Below are positions 22,079-32,000 of a stretch of 64,000 nt of DNA, piece by piece. The translations under genes and the position numbers were made by a program. Every line of letters begins with the position of its first letter. The first letter of the stretch is position 1. The notes under the pieces are model-generated. The model was not told where the DNA came from, did no database searches, and saw nothing but the letters and a program-made list of their open reading frames with translations. The DNA lies in assembly GCA_964019335.1 (NCBI GenBank), contig OZ025728.1, positions 62,001 to 126,000 of the forward strand. The letters are read 5' to 3'. The DNA is from Diplonema japonicum (lineage: Eukaryota; Protista; Euglenozoa: Diplonemea).

Positions 22079-24211
22079 TCAATTCCTATGACGGTAAGTT
22101 AGGTTCAACCTACCCTCAGGGTAAGGCCATCTCAGAAGGGGCGGTGTGGTAGAAGGATGCACCTTAGTGACAGCGTGCAGCATATTCCGGCTGGGACCAC
22201 CGAAAATGAGAACGTCCCCGCTGTCTAAGCGGACGATCTTGTCGTCCTGTGTCGCTATGTTCTTGAATCGAAAATCGCAAGAAAGCCCCAGGCTGAAGGA
22301 CACTATAGGTCGGCCTGTATTGGCACGAATTCGCTCTAAGGACTCATCACCATCTCGATGCCATAGAATTCCTGGCGACTTTGGTGAATACAGATTAAAA
22401 TTGCACCAGTGCGGGTCCATGCTGGGAAGCGTTGCCGCCTCTTCTACACTCGCCAGTGCTTTATCCAAGTAGTACCTTGCTATGTCTGTGAAGCCAGGAG
22501 CAAACTCACGGAGATCTTCGCCGAACTGACCCCTGTGGCCTTGGTTCAGTTCCGTTGTGCCGTCTTCAAGCACCCTGTAAAACCCGCCGCTGTAGCCCGA
22601 CCGGTTCGTCCCCAACCTGAACGCCTCGTCCAGTACTGATTGTTGCATGGAAATGTCCATCATCCCCTTCAACAGCACGACGCCTGGTTGTAATTCCACG
22701 GCTTTTAAATAGACCTTCGGCTTCAGGCTGATGATTGACTGGCACAGGGTCCGCGACACATTCTTCACGCTCTTCCTCCCTTTTTTGATTGCGGTCGACA
22801 CCATGCGGTCCTTGACCTTGTACAATCCTTGGTGTTTACTGTGTCCAGACTGGCCAGGTGAAGGGATCTTTTTGAAGTTCTCCTCGGCAGATGAAATATC
22901 AACGTGGGAGAAGAGTGCTTCAAGCCCATCCAAAGACATGCTAGGGTTGTCGTAGATAACAATACGTGCTGTGGTTAGGGGCATCCAAGGGCAGGTTCTG
23001 TGGATCAGCATCAGTTTCACGTTTAACGGTATATCAGTGTCGTGACCCATCCGCTCGTTGAAGGGACGGAGGGACGAGCCTCCTACGGGAACAGCCTCGC
23101 CGTGCTCTGGTTTGAGGGTTGAGGTATTGAGGTCGGTTTCCATGTTGGCTACCTTCTTATCGACCCTGTTCAGACGGTAAGCCACCCCGTCCCCGTAGTA
23201 GTACGGGTCATCACCGCCGCGTTTTGCCCTCTCGGGCTTCATGAACTCGTTGTCCTTGACAAGCTCTACCTTTAACGGTTCGTACCACTCCCCTTCGTCG
23301 GCTACTTTAATTACGGTGCCTCGTTCGTCCTCTTTGCCCTTTATGACGAGATGGATGATCTGGCCGCCGACGGCTTCCAGAACCCCGCCGCGTCCGCGTC
23401 TCCATCCTTCCACGCCTTCTCCGACCTCGCCACGGGGGGTTACAGCTGTGTCTTTAAGCAAGCTTGCATCGTGTAGCTCAACACCTTCAAAGATAAGCTT
23501 TTGTGCTGTTGTTGGGACGGCGATCTCTCGGCTCACACGTGTTTTCAATGCGGCCACTGTGTCCTCCCCAGTGGCAGGAGTCTTGACGGTTAGCCCATAC
23601 AGAGTCTTTATGTATACAAACGTCGTAGGTGCGGGCACGGTGTGTGCTTCAAACACAGGTTCTGGTGACACTATTGTTGCCGGGCTAACGCACGTGATGG
23701 CATCGGGGCTTTCGCTCAGTTTCATAGGGTTCTCCGTTTCATCCGGGATTGTGTAAGTATCGCACGGGGTTGGGGTCGAAGCCTCTGTTGTGTAAATATT
23801 GTCGATGCAATCGATATCTTCGCTTTCTTGTGTGTGCGCGACAGGGCACACCTCGTCCTCCCAGTCACGGATGCCCTGGTGTCGTGCATTTGGTCTGCTT
23901 ATCCGCACGACGCCCCGTAGTGTGTTTTGTGGGTTGTGTTCGGCGGTGCTGTCCCTGCGTCGGTGTGCGAGCTGCACCGTCTTCGTGGGGTTGCTTGCGG
24001 TCCCGCGTCCTCTCCCCCTGCTCGTGGTGGTTTCCGTGCCTCGCAGCACGCCTTTGCTTTTTATCACTGCCGCCTTCGCTGTTTCTTGTGACGTGTCTAT
24101 CGCAGTCTGTAAAGCAACCGCATCGCCTGCCTCTTCACGCGTAACGCTCCTTCTCGCAGCCTTCTCTTCTGTCAGGAGCCTGACGTACGCGGTGTTGACC
24201 CTCGTGTTCAT
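22079..24211 (-). CDS. AlkB-family 2OG-Fe(II) dioxygenase with an upstream ubiquitin-like domain
   Basis: AlkB motifs NLYSP..GILWHRD, PIVSFSLG, DSGDVLIFGGPSRNMLHAV and GRLNLTYR. UBL motifs VYIKTLYG..DTVAALKTRV..QKLIFEGVELHD..IHLVIK. Confidence 0.9.
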   Translation of the reverse strand: MNTRVNTAYVRLLTEEKAARRSVTREEAGDAVALQTAIDTSQETAKAAVIKSKGVLRGTETTTSRGRGRGTASNPTKTVQLAHRRRDSTAEHNPQNTLRGVVRISRPNARHQGIRDWEDEVCPVAHTQESEDIDCIDNIYTTEASTPTPCDTYTIPDETENPMKLSESPDAITCVSPATIVSPEPVFEAHTVPAPTTFVYIKTLYGLTVKTPATGEDTVAALKTRVSREIAVPTTAQKLIFEGVELHDASLLKDTAVTPRGEVGEGVEGWRRGRGGVLEAVGGQIIHLVIKGKEDERGTVIKVADEGEWYEPLKVELVKDNEFMKPERAKRGGDDPYYYGDGVAYRLNRVDKKVANMETDLNTSTLKPEHGEAVPVGGSSLRPFNERMGHDTDIPLNVKLMLIHRTCPWMPLTTARIVIYDNPSMSLDGLEALFSHVDISSAEENFKKIPSPGQSGHSKHQGLYKVKDRMVSTAIKKGRKSVKNVSRTLCQSIISLKPKVYLKAVELQPGVVLLKGMMDISMQQSVLDEAFRLGTNRSGYSGGFYRVLEDGTTELNQGHRGQFGEDLREFAPGFTDIARYYLDKALASVEEAATLPSMDPHWCNFNLYSPKSPGILWHRDGDESLERIRANTGRPIVSFSLGLSCDFRFKNIATQDDKIVRLDSGDVLIFGGPSRNMLHAVTKVHPSTTPPLLRWPYPEGRLNLTYRHRN

Positions 24212-24305
24212 GGCCTCCTGCTTTTTGAATTATTTTCTTCTTTTTTGGAGAAGAATGCAAATCGGGAAAAGAAAAAAAGAAACTGAAAGATCTAAGTACA
24301 TGTGT

Positions 24306-25493
24306 CTACTGATGCTGGCAGGTAGCAGTCCTGCCACCTGGTGGCTGCTCGTCCTTCTTGGCGGTTTCCGTGATTGCAGAACGGTCAGCGTGCGTGAGGG
24401 TGCAGGGGATGAAGCCTTCTTCAAGCAGCGGCTGTGGAGGTCTGCCGAGCAGCTTGGATATTTTGGAGGAGACCTCAAGAGGAAGATATTCGGGAAAGGT
24501 TACGGAAAACTGAATGATAAGGTTGCCGCGTGTCGAGGGGTCAGGTCGGTGGGGCATGCCTTCGCCACGGACCTGCCACAGCTGGCCAGGAGAGATGCAT
24601 GTTCCCTTGGTGGGCTGGACAACTAGCTGTCGACCGTCAAGGTGGTTCAGGACCAAGTGGAAGCCCGACAGTGCTTCAACAAGGGTGAGGTCGTAGCTCA
24701 TGAGAAGGTGGTCCCCACGGCGTTTGAAAGTGTCGCTTTTCAGTTCTGTGAGGATGATAAAGACGTCCCCAGCAAGCTGCATGGTGGGGTCCTCGTTGCC
24801 TTCGCCTTGAAATGTGTAGTGATCGCCTTCTTGCATCCCCCGCTCTACCCGGATTTTAAAAGTCCTTTGATGTTTTGACAGTTTTGACCCGTTGCAGGTT
24901 TGGCAGTAGTCCTGAGGGCGGACGATGGTGCCTGCTCCTTTGCACACCGGGCAGCTGGCCGTGGTTTGTTGAGTGTAATCCTTCGTGAGCTGTTTCACGA
25001 CCGCCAGCTCGCCTCTGCCGTAGCACTCCGCGCATCTTCCGTGCATTCCTTCCCGTTTAGTTCCCAAACCGTTGCAGTCCTTGCAGATTCTGTCTCGTAT
25101 GACTGTCACTGTGGATATCTTCCCGTTGTAGAAGTCAGAGAGGTGGGTGGGGAGTTCTACCACTGTGTCTAGAGGCTTTGCCCGGCCGTGTCGGGGCATG
25201 CCCCCGTGTACATTTCTGAACACGTCATAGGGGTCGACCTCGGGCAGGGCGCACTGGTCTTCATCTCTGTCGTATTGCTTCCTCTTCTCGGTGTCGCTGA
25301 GCAGGCAGTAGGCTATCGTTGCCTTCTCGAAGCGTTCCTTCGCGCTGCTGTGCTTGCTCCTGCTTGGGTGGTACATTGCAGCGACGCGTTTGTACCCTCT
25401 CTCTACCTCGTCTTGCGTGGCATCTGGTTTCACCTCGAGAAGGTTATATAGATTCGTTAGCCTTGTTGCCGTGCTTGCAGTATTCGTCAGCAT
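24306..25493 (-). CDS. Type I (DNAJA-like) Hsp40 with four CxxCxGxG repeats and a C-terminal CaaX; HPD replaced by HPS
   Basis: J domain, zinc-finger repeats CKDCNGLG/CAECYGRG/CPVCKGAG/CQTCNGSK, DnaJ C-terminal domain (GEGMP..RGNLIIQF), ending CQHQ. Confidence 0.93.
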   Translation of the reverse strand: MLTNTASTATRLTNLYNLLEVKPDATQDEVERGYKRVAAMYHPSRSKHSSAKERFEKATIAYCLLSDTEKRKQYDRDEDQCALPEVDPYDVFRNVHGGMPRHGRAKPLDTVVELPTHLSDFYNGKISTVTVIRDRICKDCNGLGTKREGMHGRCAECYGRGELAVVKQLTKDYTQQTTASCPVCKGAGTIVRPQDYCQTCNGSKLSKHQRTFKIRVERGMQEGDHYTFQGEGNEDPTMQLAGDVFIILTELKSDTFKRRGDHLLMSYDLTLVEALSGFHLVLNHLDGRQLVVQPTKGTCISPGQLWQVRGEGMPHRPDPSTRGNLIIQFSVTFPEYLPLEVSSKISKLLGRPPQPLLEEGFIPCTLTHADRSAITETAKKDEQPPGGRTATCQHQ

Positions 25494-26773
25494 TTCTTTT
25501 TTTTTTTTGTGGTACCTTTGTCATTTTCTTTTGTGATTTTGGAAAAAAAAAAAAAAAAAAGAATTGAAATAAATCTTAAATAATTCGTGTATAAAAAAAA
25601 AGAAAAAAAAAAAAGCTTTTTTTTTAAAAGAAAGAGAGAAAGTTCTTGCTATCAAATGTTTCTTTTTTTTGATTTCTTTTTTTTTTTTTCTTTTGATTCT
25701 TCTTCAAAATCGTCCCGCATGGGAGGAGGGGGGGTCTTTGCTTTACAGAACAGAGTTCAGCCAGAGCAAATATATAGACATTAAAAAAAAAAAAAGGAGA
25801 AAGGCTAAAACAAACACAGAAAACATCGAAGGTGAAGGGGAGCGGCGGATATTCCCCCCTTGTTTTTTTTGACCATTTTCTTTTTTGGGCGGTAGTAAGG
25901 AAACAGAGGTAGCCCAGTAGATTACTTGCATTCAATTATTATTGGAGTAGGAAAAAAAAAGGGGGGGGGGAACAAGAAGAAGAAACAACAAAAGAAAAAA
26001 AGAAGGAAAAAAAACAAAAGACCAAAGAGCAAGATTTGGTAGAGTCACTGCTCGGCGAGGGAAAACTCATCCTCTTGAGCTGCATGTGTGAAGGTTTTTC
26101 TTTTTTTCTTTCCCAATGTTCAATTCAATTCCATTTTCTTTTTTTTTTTTCCATCTTTTCTTTATTCATTTCTTTTTTTCTTTGACAGACCCGGTCGGAA
26201 AAAAAAAAAAAAAAAAAAAACCCGAAAAACCCCCTTTTATGACTACGTTTCAGAAACCCGACAGCTTTCGGCTTTTTCTTTTTTAAAAAAAAAATTCAAA
26301 AAGAAATTAAAATTCAAAATAATTCGAATCATTTTCCAAGGAAAAAAAAAAAAAAAAGGAAAAGTTCGATAAAGTTTAAGTGTGCATGGGGAGTGCCCAC
26401 TAAAACCGCAAACCTGCAAACCCGCAAACCGGGTTTGCAGAAAGAAATAAAAAAAAAAAAAAACAGGACCCCAAGAGATAGAGAAGGAAGAGAGAAAGGG
26501 GGGGGGGGGGGGGGGAGGAAGGACGGGAATTAATCAATACTATTATTCGTAACTGCTGATCTTTATAGGCTTGGCAAAACATGGGACACGTGAGTGTTTT
26601 CTTTCTGTCCCCTTATAAAAAAAAAAATAAAAAAAATAAAAAAATAAAAAAAGAACCCAAGCCTTTGATCTACAGGTGCTAACAGATATGTTTGGTGGAA
26701 TGCTACGACTCTGTTATCTGAACTATAACAAAAACAAAAAAAGAAAATCAGGAAGAATATTTAAAATGATTAA

Positions 26774-28962
26774 CCATTAAAGGACGAAGCGCTAGATATC
26801 TAGCGATCCTAAATTAAAATTTTTGTATAGGCATTTTAAGTACCATAGACCCTTACCCTTGCACAGAATGACCTAGTTCCGCGATTTCCTTTCCATCGAA
26901 AATCACTTTTGGCCCCTAGATTAACCTCCAAAAACACCCTCGAAACCAGTTTTTGGTGGCACGAAAGCTCAGATGAGCAGTACTGATTCAGACGAGTTCG
27001 GGAGTGCCTAAGGGGACATTCTCACTGACGATGGGACCTCATCTAGTGCCAGTAGTGACGAGGAGAGTGAAAATATGCCCTGGGAGAGCGATATTACGCA
27101 GGTTACGCGTAAGAAGTGACAGGGCACAGGGGGGGCAGAAATCACCCTTTTCCCACATGTGCATCAAGGATTTCCAAGCTGTTCATCTCAATGGGGTTTG
27201 TGAAATCTCTTTGCACCGTTTGCAAGTACCACAACCCTGACTTTGACTTCACTGTGGACGATATCTATCAGTTTGTGGCCTTGTGGGTGCTCATGGACAT
27301 CATCCGCAAGGCTGGCATAAAAGATTACTGGCCGACCATTTGTGCCCTCGCCACACCTTTTTTTTGGCAAGTGTAATGAAACGTTACTGCTTTTGCGCTT
27401 ACAGCGGTCGTTGCATTTTGGAGGGTGAAGAGACAGACAGGTTGCAAAAAATAAGATTCTTGCTCCCCTACCTGTCTGCAACACTATTCCCCCGGAGAAT
27501 CGATCATTGATGAGAGTATGATCAAGTCACACGGTAGGCATCGCTTCAGAGTATTCCAGCCTGCAAAGAGGACAGGTGAGGCTGTGCACCGGACAGGATC
27601 TGACACAGGGTCGTGTTCAACTTGTCGATCTACTGTCCGCAGTGCTAATACCATTGTAAAAGCGTGAAAAAGCAATCAAACACAGCACTGTGGACCCCGA
27701 TGTGAGGTATCTCAGCACTTGGCATATTACCTTCCCATTTGGTGAAGGATCGAGGTCATTGTAGGGGGGTGCTGGTGTTTGGGAGCCCTGACTCGCGTGC
27801 AGGATTGGCGTACCACGTGATCACTGCAGAAGCACCAATGCTTATGATGCCAAAAAAGGACAACATGGCGACCAGAATGTCTCGGCGGCGGAGCTCTGCT
27901 TCGAGCTTCTTGTCCTGCAGCTCGAGCGCGACAATGAAAGCTCTTACAACGTTCTCCCGTATCTCCTGCGGTGCCTTCAATGGCGTCTTGCTTGACATGA
28001 AGTGAACGTCGTGCTCAGTCTGAAAGCGCACCCCACGTGACTTGTCGATGCCACTATTCGTGTCCACCTGGTGGATGGCTCGGCATCGGTAGCGTTCCCC
28101 TTGTACCCCGGCATCGATAACTTCTATACTGGCGTTACCCTTGTACAACAGATGTGGGAATCAGGTTTGCGGTGGAAACAATCCGAGGAAAGTCCAGTCA
28201 ATGGTGGTAACAATCCGAAGAAAACCGCCAGAATGTACCTAATCTTGCCCCAGTGAAGAAGCAAGTAGGCCCAGGCAGGCCCAAAAACGGGTTCGCGATG
28301 AGCGACAACAGCTTTTCGACTGTTATGCGCCAGTCCGGAAACAACCGCCCGACAAGCACCCGTTCTGAAATGGGGACCGAGGGGCCCAGGGAAGATGCCA
28401 GGCGCGACTTCACCAAAGGTCACTGGTCCAAAAAACTGGATGCAGCAAGACAATGCACACACCACATGCGTGTTTTGGGGGTCCGAGTGCAAACTATCTT
28501 CATCTGCAAGGCTTGTAACGTGCATCTGTGCCCAGCTTGCTTTGCGGACTATCACGAACCAGTGGTTTACCCACCCCAATCTACCCCCTCTGGAGGCCCG
28601 GCCACACCGAAGAAACGCCTAAGGTACCAGCGTCTCCAAACACATACCCTTCTCCCCAGGTCGTCATCTGAGCCAAGTCCCAAAAGCAAAACCCCCCCTA
28701 GCACCCCGAGGCCCAAGCGAAAAAAGTAAGGAAGTGTCTAACCTATGGGTGGGGTTTTACAATAAATTTCACTTCAATTCCTTATTCTATTCACTTCCCA
28801 GGGCCTTTGAGGGGCGTCTGGGGGTGTTTTTTGTCCCTCCTGGGTGATGTATTTTCTTTTACACAAGCGTCGTTCTATGGTTGCATGCTCGAGGATGTTT
28901 TAATTTTAGAAAATAAAAAAGTCGATGGTGACCTTTGCCCAAAAACCCCCGTCCTTTAATGG
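26774..28962 (+). mobile_element. Defective piggyBac transposon (2189 bp) with a pseudogenised transposase
   Basis: TTAA at 26770-26773 and 28963-28966, with 13-bp TIRs CCATTAAAGGACG / CGTCCTTTAATGG. Fragments include IDESMIK (~27505), IDNFYTGVTL (~28113) and the Cys-rich tail QCTHH..TIFICKACNVHLCPACFADYH. There are multiple frameshifts and stops. Confidence 0.93.
27764..28100. mobile_element. 337-bp insertion nested in the piggyBac transposase, flanked by TTGTA direct repeats
   Basis: It splits LVKDRGHC | GIDNFYT. TTGTA occurs at 27759-27763 and 28101-28105. The ends GGGGGGTGCT / AGCGTTCCCC form an imperfect inverted repeat. Confidence 0.6.
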
Positions 28963-29017
28963 TTAAACGAGTATTTAGCCGCCCTCTTCTGCCCACCATC
29001 TTCTGCATATCCCTCTT

Positions 29018-32000
29018 CTACAATGTAACCACAGTAGTGGAGATGGGGTCCGAACTAGTAGGAACACCTGGCCTAGGAGAGAGCTCAGTGTCGCCGAAGG
29101 AAAGCACACGTTTACCGTTAAAGCAACAGAAGTAGAAGATGAGAATTATCGCGACACCAGTGATGAAGGCGAGAGTGCCGAGCACAATACCGATTATGGC
29201 AGCTGTTGATAGGTCAGACCCGCTGCTGCTTTCCTTGCTTTCTGTAGTGCTGTTGACGACGATCTCCTCCAAGGCCCCTCCAAGGCGGCTTTCGATCACA
29301 TCCTGCATAGTGGTAAACCTGCTGCTCACCTCTGAGTTGCTCATGCTGGCTGCAACTACCAGTTCAACCTCTACAGAGACCCTGCCGCCCTGCCGTGCCA
29401 CGTGCCCCGGTCGCGAAGAAGGCACCGCCGAGCACTCTACACACTCAACACCACCATCAGCCTCGTAGCACACCTTTACACAGCTTGCCACCCCACCCGT
29501 TGCAAGCTCCAGCGCAGGCATCAAATCAAAGCTTCCGTTCACCGCTTTCCACAAATCATCTGACAAGACTCGAACAGTCACCCTTACCTTCCTCTCATCC
29601 CTAACGGGCCTGGCCGGTACAAGTGTTGCTATTATTGTGGGGGATGGGGTAGTAGGCTTCGCAGGCTCCGGTGTTGAAGGTGCGCTTGTTGCAGGTGGAT
29701 GGCTTACGGGAATGTGGGTTACGGGCATTGGTTCAGAGGTTGCCGGTGCGTTTGGTTCGGGAGTCTCTCGTATGGGCCCAGGTGGAACAGGGGTTGCCGC
29801 TGTAGGCACAGGGGTCGGCAGTGCTGTTGGGACAGGAGTTGGTGTGGGGGTTACTGCAGGTACAGGTGTGCCTGGTGCTACTGTTGTCATAGCGGAGGGT
29901 GTAGGGGTTGCTGCTGTTGGCATGGGAGTTGCCACCGTTGTGGGTGTTGGAGTCGTCGCCGTAGGTGCCAGAGTTGCCATTGCAGTGGGTGTAGGGGTTG
30001 CGAGTGTTGGCACGGGAGTTGCCATTGCTGTGGGCGTCGGGGTTGCCACTGTAGGCGCAGGAGTAGGTGCCGGAGATGTTGTAGGTGTAGGGGTTGCAGT
30101 AGATGTAGGGATTGCAGTAGGTGTAGGGGTCGGGGCCGAAGTGGGTGTAGGGGTTGCGAGTGTAGGTACGGGAGTCGTCATTGCTGTGGGCGTTGGGGTC
30201 GCAGGTACGGGAGCCAGTGTTGGCACAGGGGTTGCCACTGTAGGCGTAGGGGTGGAGGCTGGAGCGAGAGTTTCCGGTGTGTCCGTCGCAGGCAGTATCT
30301 TGCAGAACGAGTTAGCCGTGAAGCCCTTCCCCTCCGTTGCGAAGTCAGAAGTGAAATGCAGATAAATGTTCCCCATGCTTTGAATCTCGGTGATGCCTGT
30401 CCCCGTTGCCTGTCCCAGCCACCTGCCATTCTTATCATACGCCACGACCACATCGTAACCTGCTTCTAGCTTTGTGTCCAACGTCACACGTGAATAGCCC
30501 TCCTCCACGCATTCCATCCTCCAGCATTTGCTTGCCATCGACGAGTAGGTGTTCTGGTGTATCTTGCCCTGTTGGAAATGTTCGAACTGGTGGTGGCAGT
30601 TCCTCGAGGACTTGCCCCACTCAATGGGGCTAGCAGGTCCAGACAGCTCGACCTTCTTCAGGGGATCGGTCGTACCGCATTCCCAGTCCACTCGGAGCGT
30701 GCTCTTGATGTTCGCGTCCAACGAAGCCTTCACCACAATGTCCCCCCTGTACCCTATGCGAACAGTTCCCTTCCCTGTGAACCTGTCTAAGGGGGTTCCG
30801 CTGTCCGCAGGGTACACTTCAACGAAGTCGTACCCGTATTCGTAGTCCATAGTCAGTGTCAGTATCTTCACTGCCTGCGGACATTCTAGCTTCCAGCAGC
30901 TATTGGTGTCATCGCTCCAACTCACAGACCCCCTGCCCGAGTTGAGCTTAGTAACCCTCCCCATGCAGTGCTCTTTTATCATCAGTTCCTTTGGGGCGTT
31001 ACAAGTCCACGAGAACGATACTTCTGTGCCCCCCGGGAGCTCAGGCTCCAAGTAGAGTGTTGCCCGACTCGTCGCTGTGTGTGTCGGCTGTTGGCTGCTC
31101 AGTTCCCCGCCTCCTTCGATCGACAGGGAAGCGCCCGAGATGTGGGTCAAGATGAGGGGCACAGTGTCTTCACAACTCAACCGCCAGCAGCTCACTCCGT
31201 CGTCCTTGGGGTGCACGATGAGGCCGGGCCCGACAGCATTCGAGTTGCAGTTCTTCACGTACCCGATGTTGGCCCAACCAGGCCCCGAGATGCTAATCCG
31301 CACTACCCTCTCCGCCGCCTTCAAGAATACGTACTCGTAACCCTTCCCGTTTATGTGATACTTCTGCGCCCCTACATCCAGCATCACGTCCCCACCTCCG
31401 CTGAGGTCGTACGTCGCATTGAAATAGATTGTCTTCGAGGGTGCTGTCAGCAGGTACCAACAGGTGTGGGCACTACTGTTCGTCCGGAAAGTGCCAGTTG
31501 CCTCTGCTAGATACTTGCACCCAACTGGAGGGGGTGGGGCAATTGTTGGATTCTCCGGCCCGCATGTGTAGTCCAAGGAAAAGGCCTTCCCGGCACCGTA
31601 CTGGGATGGGTCTGCAACCGAAGAGAAAAAGGCAAGCTGCCCCTCCTTTGAGGGGATCCATCTATTTTTTGTCAAAGTTACCTTGTAGCGCGAGCTGTCC
31701 CACACCTGCACCTCATCCCCTGGAGACATCCCTGGCGTCAAGAATTTCAGCTCTACAGTCGACGTGTCGCAGCTCAGGGTCCAGCACTCCTTCCCAGTGT
31801 CTCCATTGCGGGGGTAGGACAAGGTCCCCGCCCCCTTCTGCAGCTCCTCGCACTCGCACGACCATGCTACCGTAACACGCTCATGTGTTCTCGTCAGCAC
31901 TGCAATGTTGCTGTCTGTGCTCAAACTGCCCCTCGAGCACTTGATCGAAGCCAGCGTCTTGTCCTCGCCATCAAGCAGTGTTATCGGGTTGGTGCACCTT

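Noticed and set aside
26403-26440. Short tandem AAACC(Y)GC repeats followed by an inverted GGGTTTGCAG
   Set aside because: It is too short and seen only once, consistent with local slippage.
29637-30469. Plus-strand Gly/Val-repeat ORFs (also 40232-40813 and 42706-42999)
   Set aside because: They are antisense shadows of Pro/Thr linkers in minus-strand genes.
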